Below are positions 41,382 through 50,675 of a stretch of DNA of 64,000 nucleotides, in pieces. The position numbers were made by a program, and so were the translations under genes. Source of the stretch: Thermodesulfobacteriota bacterium (lineage in GTDB: Bacteria; Desulfobacterota; Desulfobacteria; Desulfobacterales; SURF-7). The notes under the pieces were generated by a model, which did no database searches, was not told where the DNA came from, and saw only the letters and a list, made by a program, of their open reading frames with translations. The stretch spans positions 32,001 through 96,000 of the forward strand of contig JBMORA010000030.1 in NCBI GenBank assembly GCA_049320885.1, in the 5' to 3' direction. Every line of letters begins with the position of its first letter. Position 1 is the first letter of the stretch.

Positions 41382-41676
41382 TGTTGAAACGTCCAATCTA
41401 TTTGGATTAATCGGGATATTGGCGATACACTGAATATCGTTTAAAAAAGTTTGTGTCAAGTATTTAAGTTTGTTATGCTCTATATCACTTGCCACACCAT
41501 TTTCGTTTTCTCCGCAATTCTCAAGCGTTCGAGCAGCGCCCTCACCGTCCGGCATCACCGGCAAAAAAAACGGTCAAAAGACGGTGATGTCTTTTGCCGT
41601 AATTGGTGCACCGATTTGGCACCGACTTATTTAGGGGGGGTAAAATTGATATGATGTTAAAATGGTAGGATTTTAG

Positions 41677-41753
41677 TGGTCGGGACAGCAGGATTTGAAC
41701 CTGCGACCCCAGCGTCCCGAACGCTGTGCTCTACCAGACTGAGCCATGTCCCG
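41677..41753 (-). tRNA. tRNA-Pro(CGG)
   Basis: CGGGACATGGCTCAGTCTGGTAGAGCA-CAGCG-TTCGGGA-CGCTG-GGGTCGCAGGTTCAAATCCTGCTGTCCCGACCA. Confidence 0.96.
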
Positions 41754-41866
41754 ACTTCGGCGACTCTTTTATGTTACAATATCTCAATTGTCAATGAAAA
41801 ACATGCCGCCTTCCGGCTGATTTCCGGTACCCGGTCAGCGGATAAAACCGCTCCGGTCTGTTTTCA

Positions 41867-43213
<1,347 letters not shown>

Positions 43214-43331
43214 TCATAGATAAGAATTCTGATTTATAATATTAAATTTACACACGAGCCCAACACGGATAATCGGTCTGACAACGCAGATGGATCCTGA
43301 AAGAACCAGGCATGGATGGGCACTCCCCTCT

Positions 43332-43811
43332 TTAGGTCATGGACGGGAAAGATGCAACAGATTTTCGTTTCCAGCGGAAAAAATCCTGAATCAGCTCCCG
43401 GCATTCGGCCTCCCGTACGCCCGGATAGACCGCCAGCGCATGATTCAGGCGCGAATCCCTGGAAAAATCATACAAGGAACCGGCAGCCCCCCATTTGGGA
43501 TCAAAGGCACCGAAACAAACCGCCGCCAACCGGGCATGGACAATGGCCCCCATACACATCAGGCACGGCTCGATGGTGACATACAGAACAGCTCCGGGCA
43601 GCCGGTAATTGTTCATCTTCAGAGCCGCGGCCCGCAGGGCCAGGATTTCGGCATGGGCCGTGGGGTCCGACCGGGCAATGGTCCGGTTGTGTTCGGCAGC
43701 CAGTATGTCGCCGGCCGCATCCACCAGCACGGCGCCCACCGGCACTTCCCCCAGCTGCCGGGCCTTGAGGGCCTCTTGCAGCGCCAGATCCATGAAGTCA
43801 ACCTGATCCAT
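43332..43811 (-). CDS. tadA: tRNA adenosine(34) deaminase
   Basis: GEVPVGA, DPTAHAE and EPCLMC.GA motifs. Confidence 0.94.
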   Translation of the reverse strand: MDQVDFMDLALQEALKARQLGEVPVGAVLVDAAGDILAAEHNRTIARSDPTAHAEILALRAAALKMNNYRLPGAVLYVTIEPCLMCMGAIVHARLAAVCFGAFDPKWGAAGSLYDFSRDSRLNHALAVYPGVREAECRELIQDFFRWKRKSVASFPSMT

Positions 43812-43913
43812 TCCATCACCCCAAATTGAAATTTTTCAACCAACACGGAGAACTTCCCATTGACACATCCGATAATCTATATTAGATAGAATGCCTCTTC
43901 GGGTCAAGCTTGC

Positions 43914-43990
43914 GCGCCCGTAGCTCAGATGGATAGAGTGCCGGACTACGAATCCGTTGGTCGGGGGTTCGAATCCCTCCGGGCGCGCCA
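43914..43990 (+). tRNA. tRNA-Arg(ACG)
   Basis: GCGCCCGTAGCTCAGATGGATAGAGTG-CCGGA-CTACGAA-TCCGT-TGGTCGGGGGTTCGAATCCCTCCGGGCGCGCCA. Confidence 0.96.
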
Positions 43991-43998
43991 ATAAAATC

Positions 43999-44037
43999 AA
44001 AGGTTTAGAGAAACATCTCTAAACCTTTTTTATTTTT
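43999..44037. terminator. Terminator shared by the tRNA and integrase
   Basis: AAAGGTTTAGAGA-aaca-TCTCTAAACCTTT followed by a T-rich run. Confidence 0.8.
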
Positions 44038-45125
44038 GTGTGAGACTCTGTGTGAGACTTTTCACAAAACCCCATCTCAAGAACGCCCATTGCATTTCGT
44101 TCACCCTCCCCTACGGAGTGTAAATAAATTTCTGTTGTAGTCCTGTTTTCATGACCGAGGATACGTTGGATCGATCCGATAGGAATGTTGGCGGCATCCA
44201 ACATCGTTGCACCGAAATGACGCAATGCATGAAATCGGAAATATTTGACTTCAGCTTTATTGCAGAGTGTTGTCATAACTTTTTTCCGATCTGCGTATGG
44301 TCCTTCAACCCAATGACCATTTTTGCGACTCCAATACCGGTGCCAGAATACCCATGGTTTTGATTGATCCCTTCTCGAAAACCGCCTCGACAATATTTCA
44401 AAGAGCTTGTCGGTCATGGGTATTTTCCTTGGTGTTAAATGCCCGCCTTTCTTTTTCCTTGTATAAAGGGTTACATTACGCTTATCAAAATCGATATCCT
44501 GCCAGCATAGCCGGTTGACTTCCCCCATTCGCCCTATTGTAAGCGCTATAGTCCACAAATAATCCTGTGTCTCTGGATCCGCGGCCATGAGTACTCGAAG
44601 AATATCTTTTTTTGACGGAACATACTTGATTCGTTTTTCTGTTGGAAAAAATTCGATCCCTCGGGTTGGATTGGCTTTAATCCAATCCCGACTGGGATGC
44701 ATTGCGAAATTGAAAAGCGCTCGCAAATATCGCAATTCTTTATTGGCTGTAAATGCAGATGTTTCATTAAGCCGTTTAATCAAAAACTTTCGAATCATAT
44801 CTGTATTTACAGTGCCACAACTGAAACGCTTCCATTCTCTAACCCACCGACGGGCCATATACGAATAATCCGTATAATGCCTTTTGGAGTTATATGCCTT
44901 GACGTGGTCAAGCCTGAGATTCACCAGATCCAAAAAGGTTATGTCGGTTCCCGTCGGGTCCGGTCGGGTCTCCGCCTCCATCTGCGGATTGTTCACCTCC
45001 TCTCTTTTTCTGGCTTCTGCCAGATTGGCATCTCGTTTTGTTTGGAACCAGCTTCCCGTATGCCTGGTCCCCTTGTGGGTGAAGTCGAACCTCCACCCCT
45101 TCCCTTTCACTGAATAAACGCTCAT
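44019..45125 (-). CDS. Tyrosine integrase
   Basis: GRMGEV (R), HALRH, LGH and TTEIY catalytic motifs; RBS AGGAGG. Confidence 0.93.
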   Translation of the reverse strand: MSVYSVKGKGWRFDFTHKGTRHTGSWFQTKRDANLAEARKREEVNNPQMEAETRPDPTGTDITFLDLVNLRLDHVKAYNSKRHYTDYSYMARRWVREWKRFSCGTVNTDMIRKFLIKRLNETSAFTANKELRYLRALFNFAMHPSRDWIKANPTRGIEFFPTEKRIKYVPSKKDILRVLMAADPETQDYLWTIALTIGRMGEVNRLCWQDIDFDKRNVTLYTRKKKGGHLTPRKIPMTDKLFEILSRRFSRRDQSKPWVFWHRYWSRKNGHWVEGPYADRKKVMTTLCNKAEVKYFRFHALRHFGATMLDAANIPIGSIQRILGHENRTTTEIYLHSVGEGERNAMGVLEMGFCEKSHTESHTKIKKV

Positions 45126-45309
45126 ATAGGTCCTCCTTTGATGGGAAAAAGAGAGAACCCCCGAGCTTTCTACCACCCAGCAATTCGGCGTTTTTATAAA
45201 CCCAACTCAGGCTTTTCCGCAGATACTGGGCGACTTCCTCGGGGGTGAGTATATTTTTTGATTCAACCACTGTCAATGCCGCCTTTTCGTTACCAGGGTT
45301 ATTTGACAT
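44908..45309 (-). CDS. Excisionase-like HTH protein
   Basis: LTPEEVAQYLRKSLSWVY...RKLGGSLFF, located directly before the integrase. Confidence 0.75.
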   Translation of the reverse strand: MSNNPGNEKAALTVVESKNILTPEEVAQYLRKSLSWVYKNAELLGGRKLGGSLFFPSKEDLYERLFSEREGVEVRLHPQGDQAYGKLVPNKTRCQSGRSQKKRGGEQSADGGGDPTGPDGNRHNLFGSGESQA

Positions 45310-45892
45310 GGTCGCCCATCAAGGAATTCCGGACCTCTTTCTGCATCTGGGTTATCCGCTGCTTGGTGAACCCCAGTTTTTTGGCCACGGAGACATTGAT
45401 CAGGCCGTCGTCCAGCACGGCTTCCAGATAATCCCTGTATTTCGGCATGGCCTGGATCAGCAGCTGGATGATTTCCTCACGGTCTTCCTCCGTTTCCCGG
45501 TCATCGGGCTCGGTGAGACAGGCCTCTTCCCAGGCGATATCCATGTCGAGCTCCTCGAAATACACTTCATTGTGAGAGAATTTTTCGGACAATCGGCTGA
45601 ATCTCAGTTTGATCAAAACCCATATCCAGGGGATGAGGCTGGCCTTGCCGGGCTGCACTTTCCAGCGCCTGGCGGCAACCAGGGCCGTGGCATAGCCTTC
45701 CTGCATCAGGTCCTCAAATTCGTAACTCCGGACATCGGGCCGGTGGCGCCGGATAATGGCTTTGATGACGGGTTCCATCTTTTTCAAAAAGGTTTCCATG
45801 ACATGATGACGGTTTTTCGGTCCCAGGCCGCGGGTTTCCGTATCCCTTGTTTGTGGTTGACAACTTGTCCGAAAGCGAGTTTCGGCGGTCAT
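45299..45892 (-). CDS. Sigma-70-family-like factor
   Basis: Region 2-like FEDLMQEGY..L..A; region 4-like VAKKLGFTKQRITQMQ; ATGA overlap with the rep-like gene. Confidence 0.7.
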   Translation of the reverse strand: MTAETRFRTSCQPQTRDTETRGLGPKNRHHVMETFLKKMEPVIKAIIRRHRPDVRSYEFEDLMQEGYATALVAARRWKVQPGKASLIPWIWVLIKLRFSRLSEKFSHNEVYFEELDMDIAWEEACLTEPDDRETEEDREEIIQLLIQAMPKYRDYLEAVLDDGLINVSVAKKLGFTKQRITQMQKEVRNSLMGDHVK

Positions 45893-46980
45893 GCGTCCAT
45901 GGTCTTCTCCCGGCTGTGTTCCATGCAGGTCTTGAAGGCCATTTTGGTGTGAATGGGCCATGATTCCGGCCGGGGAAGCGAAACGGATTCTCGTTGGGAT
46001 GCCGAGTGGCTGAGATTCCGGATGATGGCCCAGAGATAAGTCTCATTTTTCCCCCGCAGGTAGCAGCCCCCGCGTATGTAGCGCCGGAGTCCCTGGATGA
46101 CGTGCTCCACGGCCATCTCGTTCCAGCGCCGCAGCTCGCCCATGAGGACATCCTCCGGGAGGATTCCGCCGGCACGGGATTGTTTCAGGCAGGCGATCCC
46201 GAGATCGATGATGACCCGCTGGGGGGAGGTGTACCGTTCCAGCAGGGCGGTTTTTTCGTTTTCAACAACCGCATCCTGTCGGGAGGGAGTTGATCCAAAA
46301 AAAGAAGAGGGGAATCTATAAAGATTCCCCTCTTCTTTTTCATGATTCTTAATATATGATCCATTTCGTGTGCCGTCGGCGCCGGGAGGGAGGGTGTCGC
46401 GGATGACGGGAGGGGGCATGACGGCGATGTCACTAGGGGTACCGACAGACTGGCCGTCAGGGACGCTTTGAATACCGAAATGGTCATGAGGGGTGGTGAC
46501 ATCCGTGTCGGGAGGGGTGGTGACGTCGGCGACAGGAGGGGTAGTGACATCCATGTCGGGAGGGCTGCCGGCGGCATCCGTCATTTTGTCCGGCGACCGG
46601 TCAGAATCCCTCAGGGCAGCGTCGTTGAAGCAGGCATGCCACAAGAAATAATAACAAGTGGATCGGTACCGGCCTTTTTCAGGGTCTGTCGGCGTCTTCC
46701 TCCGGAGGAACCCTTTTTCCACCAGCCCGTTGAGCACCCGGTTGATCTGGCGGACGGACACCCCGATGGAGTTGGCCAGCAGGCTGTGAGACGGATAACA
46801 AAAGCCGTTCTTGCCGGCGAACTGGTTGAGCTTGGCCCAGCAGACTTTTTCCGTGCCGGTCAGAAGGGTGGATTCCATCACCGGCTCGGGCAGGAAGCCG
46901 CCATAAAAGGTTTTGTACGGGATAAACGGTTTGCCTTCGGCAAGAGCGAGATCCCGGCCGTATTTTTTTTCATTTGTCAT
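45889..46980 (-). CDS. Winged-HTH replication-initiator-like protein
   Basis: CYPSHSLLANSIGVSVRQINRVLNGLVEKGFL, followed by a repetitive linker as in phage-type initiators. Confidence 0.65.
   Translation of the reverse strand: MTNEKKYGRDLALAEGKPFIPYKTFYGGFLPEPVMESTLLTGTEKVCWAKLNQFAGKNGFCYPSHSLLANSIGVSVRQINRVLNGLVEKGFLRRKTPTDPEKGRYRSTCYYFLWHACFNDAALRDSDRSPDKMTDAAGSPPDMDVTTPPVADVTTPPDTDVTTPHDHFGIQSVPDGQSVGTPSDIAVMPPPVIRDTLPPGADGTRNGSYIKNHEKEEGNLYRFPSSFFGSTPSRQDAVVENEKTALLERYTSPQRVIIDLGIACLKQSRAGGILPEDVLMGELRRWNEMAVEHVIQGLRRYIRGGCYLRGKNETYLWAIIRNLSHSASQRESVSLPRPESWPIHTKMAFKTCMEHSREKTMDA
46299..46340. repeat. Perfect 19-bp inverted repeat inside the rep-like gene
   Basis: AAAAAGAAGAGGGGAATCT-ataa-AGATTCCCCTCTTCTTTTT. 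Confidence 0.92.
46386..46564. repeat. 24-bp-period iteron-like repeats inside the rep-like gene
   Basis: GAGGGGTGGTGACATCCGTGTCGG-type units at 46488, 46512 and 46536; looser units at 46386, 46410 and 46434. Confidence 0.8.
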
Positions 46981-46992
46981 GGACCGGCCTCC

Positions 46993-47259
46993 TCATTGAA
47001 CCAGACCGGCTGCGCGCAGCTCCCGGACTCCGGCCATAGCCGCCTGCACGGAAAGCCCGGTGGCCGCGGCCAGCTCTTCGTAGGAATTGCATGCGGCATC
47101 GGTGAGACCGTTGTATCCGGCGATTCTGGCCCAGCAGATTTTTGCCGTGGGTGACAAATCCGTGCGGGCCAGGATGCCGTTGGGAAGAAATCCGCCGACA
47201 AACACGTCATAGGGGTTGAAGCAAGGTGTTTCGTTGTTTTCCTGGGGGTTGGTACTCAT
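46993..47259 (-). CDS. Short HTH protein paralogous to the Rep N-terminus
   Basis: FNPYDVFVGGFLP..AKICWAR compared with FIPYKTFYGGFLP..EKVCWAK. Confidence 0.75.
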   Translation of the reverse strand: MSTNPQENNETPCFNPYDVFVGGFLPNGILARTDLSPTAKICWARIAGYNGLTDAACNSYEELAAATGLSVQAAMAGVRELRAAGLVQ

Positions 47260-47304
47260 GTTCGTGGTTCCTTTCTTTTTAAAAAGTTGAAGTGTTGTGA
47301 GTGC

Positions 47305-48063
47305 CTAAAACGGTCTCAGTTCGATGATTTCGCCCTGCAGCTCGGCGCTGACTTTTTCCCGGATCCGGATGACATCCCTGTCCCGGACATTGGCGTCCGT
47401 GCGGACAACACTTTTCTGTCCGATGAACCGCCGGACACAGACGAACCGGTGCATGGGCAGGTAGAATCCGAACAGTCGGGCCGGCAGGTTCCGGGAGGAC
47501 CTGGACAAGCGGATGAGGACCCGATCGGGAAGTCGCTTCACGGCGGATATGGTGAAAAACAGGACCGATCCGGCATGGTAGAGGGGCTCTTCGGCAGGAA
47601 CCCGGGCGTCCTTCGGCAGGATCGCCATGGCGCCGGGCAGTTCCACCTCCACCAGGTCCTCCCGGCGCCTGCGGATGACGCCGGAGATGATCCGCCGAGT
47701 CTGTTTTTTCCAGACGCGGAACTCGTCTTCCAGTTGGAGTTCCCTTATGATTTCCGGGAACAGGGAGCGGGCGGCGGTCTTCACGGCCCGGGGCAGATCG
47801 GCCAGATCCAGCGCTACCGGCAAGATGTCATGGGGCAGGACCTGGTCGATGGCGCCGAATTGCCGGATGATCCGTTCATGCCGGGGCATCAGCAATACGA
47901 TCTCGGCGGTCCGGCCTTCCAGATCCACCCGGCAATCCGTCACGCCGTAAAACCGCCGGAGGCTGCTTTCGATGGACAACGCAAGGGCCTTCCGGGTTGT
48001 TTCCGACAGTTCTTCCGCTGTTTTCGCCGATATTTCGCAAACATCCATACATCCAGAACTCAT
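47305..48063 (-). CDS. NusA-like protein (NTD + S1 + degenerate KH1)
   Basis: AVKTAARSLFPEIIRE, IISGVIRR..VEVELPGAMAILPK, IRLSRSSRNLPARLF, RFIGQKS and ELQGEIIEL align by eye with NusA motifs. Confidence 0.7.
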   Translation of the reverse strand: MSSGCMDVCEISAKTAEELSETTRKALALSIESSLRRFYGVTDCRVDLEGRTAEIVLLMPRHERIIRQFGAIDQVLPHDILPVALDLADLPRAVKTAARSLFPEIIRELQLEDEFRVWKKQTRRIISGVIRRRREDLVEVELPGAMAILPKDARVPAEEPLYHAGSVLFFTISAVKRLPDRVLIRLSRSSRNLPARLFGFYLPMHRFVCVRRFIGQKSVVRTDANVRDRDVIRIREKVSAELQGEIIELRPF

Positions 48064-48178
48064 CTCCGCCTCCGCTTTACCGCCCGCGCATTATGAGATT
48101 GAAGACTGCGACAATGTTGTCCGACACTCATAATAATACCGACATCGTAAAATCGTTGTGAAATGGAGGAAATCGGAT

Positions 48179-48625
48179 ATGCCGACAGAACGAACCATCA
48201 CCAGGGAAAAAGAGAAAAAATTCGAGCTATCAAAGGAAGTTACGCCATCAGATGGTCAGCCAAAGGGGCCACGAACCAAAACAGACTATGTGGAACTGGC
48301 CAAGGAAAGAAACGCGCGGGTCATCCTGCACAACACCCCGGATACCTATCCGTTAACGGATCTGGCCCGGTATGCGGACCAGGGTCTCCGGCGTCTGCGC
48401 AACCGCATCCTCATCTCCCTTGCGCCGGAAGAGGCCCTGCCGCTCTTGAATGCCTACAACGAAGCGCTGATTACGCTGCACCACATCGTTGCCAAGATCT
48501 GCCGGATCACCAACGTGCGTTACCGGACCCCGCGGGCATTGGTGCAGGTGCTTGGCGAGGATGAGGTAGCGTCAAAGGCGGCGGATGCCGATGGCAAACC
48601 GGAACAGTCCGGCGGGAAAAGCTGA
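48179..48625 (+). CDS. Hypothetical helical protein, first gene of the transfer operon
   Basis: RBS GGAGG; weak resemblance to DUF1845/AcaB-type regulators (unverified). Confidence 0.6.
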   Translation: MPTERTITREKEKKFELSKEVTPSDGQPKGPRTKTDYVELAKERNARVILHNTPDTYPLTDLARYADQGLRRLRNRILISLAPEEALPLLNAYNEALITLHHIVAKICRITNVRYRTPRALVQVLGEDEVASKAADADGKPEQSGGKS

Positions 48626-48637
48626 CGGGAGGTATCC

Positions 48638-49849
48638 ATGAGGTTGACCTGGTTCAGAAAAACCAACACCCCGCGACAAATCAAGCTCGGCGATCTGGCC
48701 CGGGCGTTCTGGCAGGAACCGCCGGTGGATCAAACCTTGGCCAAGGATCAGGGCGAGCATCTATCCGATCCGGTTTTTGAAAACCGGGAGTTGCAGGATT
48801 TCTGGCTGGAATATGTGCGGCCGTTTCAAACCGCGATGCCATCGCCGGTGCTCCGGGCGGTTCAGGATTTGCTTGCGGAATTTGAAAAACTGGCCCCCTG
48901 CCCGTCCGTATTGGAATCCGATCCAGAAACCCCGCAACCGTATCGGGGGTTGACCCGGATTTCGTTGACGACCCATTCTCTCGCCGTCGCCCGGGAGGCC
49001 CTGGATCTTTTGCGGGTCCGGGAGAATGATTTTCAGATGCTGGCGGGCAAAACCCTAATCGCCGCCCTGGCTCACGACATGGGCAAACACCCTTCCGCGG
49101 CTGTTCCCAACATGCCCCATTCTTACAGCAGCGCGGTCTGGCTCCAAAAGCGCATCGGCCATTTGCGGGAACGGGAGCCGATCATAGCGGCGGTCCGGCT
49201 GCACCATGCGGAGACAAATTATAGAAGAGTCGCCACGGACAATCCCATCCTGCCGGTGTTGACCCTGGCCGACCGGGTGGCCCGGGAAAAAGAACTGGCC
49301 GCTGTCGCCGTGGAACAACAGACCGAAGCTGTGGAGCTGAAGGCGGATGATCCACCCCTTCCGGAAATAGAAACCATGAATGCGACGCCTGGCCCGGATG
49401 ACCAAGACGCCTGGTTTTTACAGGAATCATTTCTGGAAATCCTCCGGTCCCGGCTCACCTGCATGGGGTTTGACTGCTTCTGGTTTGACGATCATGTCCA
49501 TGTCTCACCGGCCGTTGTCGAAAGCATCCTGAACAAATTGCGGCAGGAACAGGGGCTTCCCCCGTTCACCTCCCGGACTGACATCGCCCGTTTGTTTTCA
49601 TCCCGGATTCCCGAAGTCCGGAACGAAAAATACCGGCTGCGGTTCAAAAACCATTTTTCGCCCCTGAAAAAATGGTTCTACGTTTTCGAGGCGGCGCTAT
49701 TCGAACCGCTGGCAGCAAACGACCGGCAACATCCAAGAGATCGCGAGGGCCGCTGGCTGAAGGATATGGACTGCATCGAATCCTCTCGCGAAACTGTCCC
49801 GAAACGAAACTCGTTTTCTTCCGGGACAAACGACCCGGCGATCCCGTGA
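48638..49849 (+). CDS. HD-domain protein, probable MOBH-type relaxase
   Basis: LTTHSLAVA...ALAHDMGKH, HH and LAD motifs; lies upstream of the tra genes. Confidence 0.6.
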   Translation: MRLTWFRKTNTPRQIKLGDLARAFWQEPPVDQTLAKDQGEHLSDPVFENRELQDFWLEYVRPFQTAMPSPVLRAVQDLLAEFEKLAPCPSVLESDPETPQPYRGLTRISLTTHSLAVAREALDLLRVRENDFQMLAGKTLIAALAHDMGKHPSAAVPNMPHSYSSAVWLQKRIGHLREREPIIAAVRLHHAETNYRRVATDNPILPVLTLADRVAREKELAAVAVEQQTEAVELKADDPPLPEIETMNATPGPDDQDAWFLQESFLEILRSRLTCMGFDCFWFDDHVHVSPAVVESILNKLRQEQGLPPFTSRTDIARLFSSRIPEVRNEKYRLRFKNHFSPLKKWFYVFEAALFEPLAANDRQHPRDREGRWLKDMDCIESSRETVPKRNSFSSGTNDPAIP

Positions 49850-50064
49850 AAGACCGGTGGTCATCCAGTTCGGTTTGAATTCCAGCGGAGCTGTCCCGGA
49901 TTGAAAAACAAACACTTTACCGCCTTGTCATTATTATGGACAGGAGCCAGACAGTGGACGTGACCGGAAAACCATGCGGCTACCAATCGACAAACCAGTT
50001 GGCCAACAACAAAAGAGTGGAAATCGTTTCCACACGAAACAACCCCAAACAGGAGGTCCATACC

Positions 50065-50391
50065 ATGCCCCTACTCTCAACCGTCATCCAACAGGCAGGA
50101 AAGAAAAAAAGTCTCCTCATCACCGCCGGCATCGTGCTCGGAACCGCCGCCACGGCCGCCGCCATCACCGCCCCCACCGGCCCCACGGATTTTGCCTGGG
50201 ACGTCTACGACATTGGCGTCAACAAGATCCTGAACGGCCCCATCGGGTTCGTGGCCGGGGCCGGCGCCATGGTGGCCGGCGCCGTGGCCGCCATTCAGCA
50301 AAAACTGGCCCTCGCCAGCATGGCCATCATCGGCGGCGCCGTGCTGCTGAATGCGGATTCCATGGTCACCAGCCTCGGTCTGGTGTTTTAA
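50065..50391 (+). CDS. traA: Conjugative pilin
   Basis: Leader plus hydrophobic helices; lies directly before traL; RBS AGGAGG. Confidence 0.75.
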   Translation: MPLLSTVIQQAGKKKSLLITAGIVLGTAATAAAITAPTGPTDFAWDVYDIGVNKILNGPIGFVAGAGAMVAGAVAAIQQKLALASMAIIGGAVLLNADSMVTSLGLVF

Positions 50392-50404
50392 CGGAAGGGT
50401 ATCC

Positions 50405-50671
50405 ATGGCAGAGAGATTTCCACAATACCTGTCCGCGCCGGTCCAGGTGCTCTGGTTTGAAACCGACGAACTCGCCATGATCGTTTTCTTCTTCCTGGCG
50501 GCCTCCGTCCTGCACGGGGTATTGTGGATTCTCTGCTTTGTCGGACCGTTGCTGTATTCGCGGCTCAAGGTCAAATACCCGTCCGGGTTCTTGAAACACA
50601 TGCTCTATTTTTCGGGGATCAAGCGCTTGAACCAGTATCCGGACGCCTTTGCCAACACCTTTTCCGAATGA
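50405..50671 (+). CDS. traL: F-type T4SS TraL
   Basis: FPQYLSAP..VLWFETDE, P.GFLKH..YF.G and YP motifs. Confidence 0.88.
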   Translation: MAERFPQYLSAPVQVLWFETDELAMIVFFFLAASVLHGVLWILCFVGPLLYSRLKVKYPSGFLKHMLYFSGIKRLNQYPDAFANTFSE

Positions 50672-50675
50672 CGCC

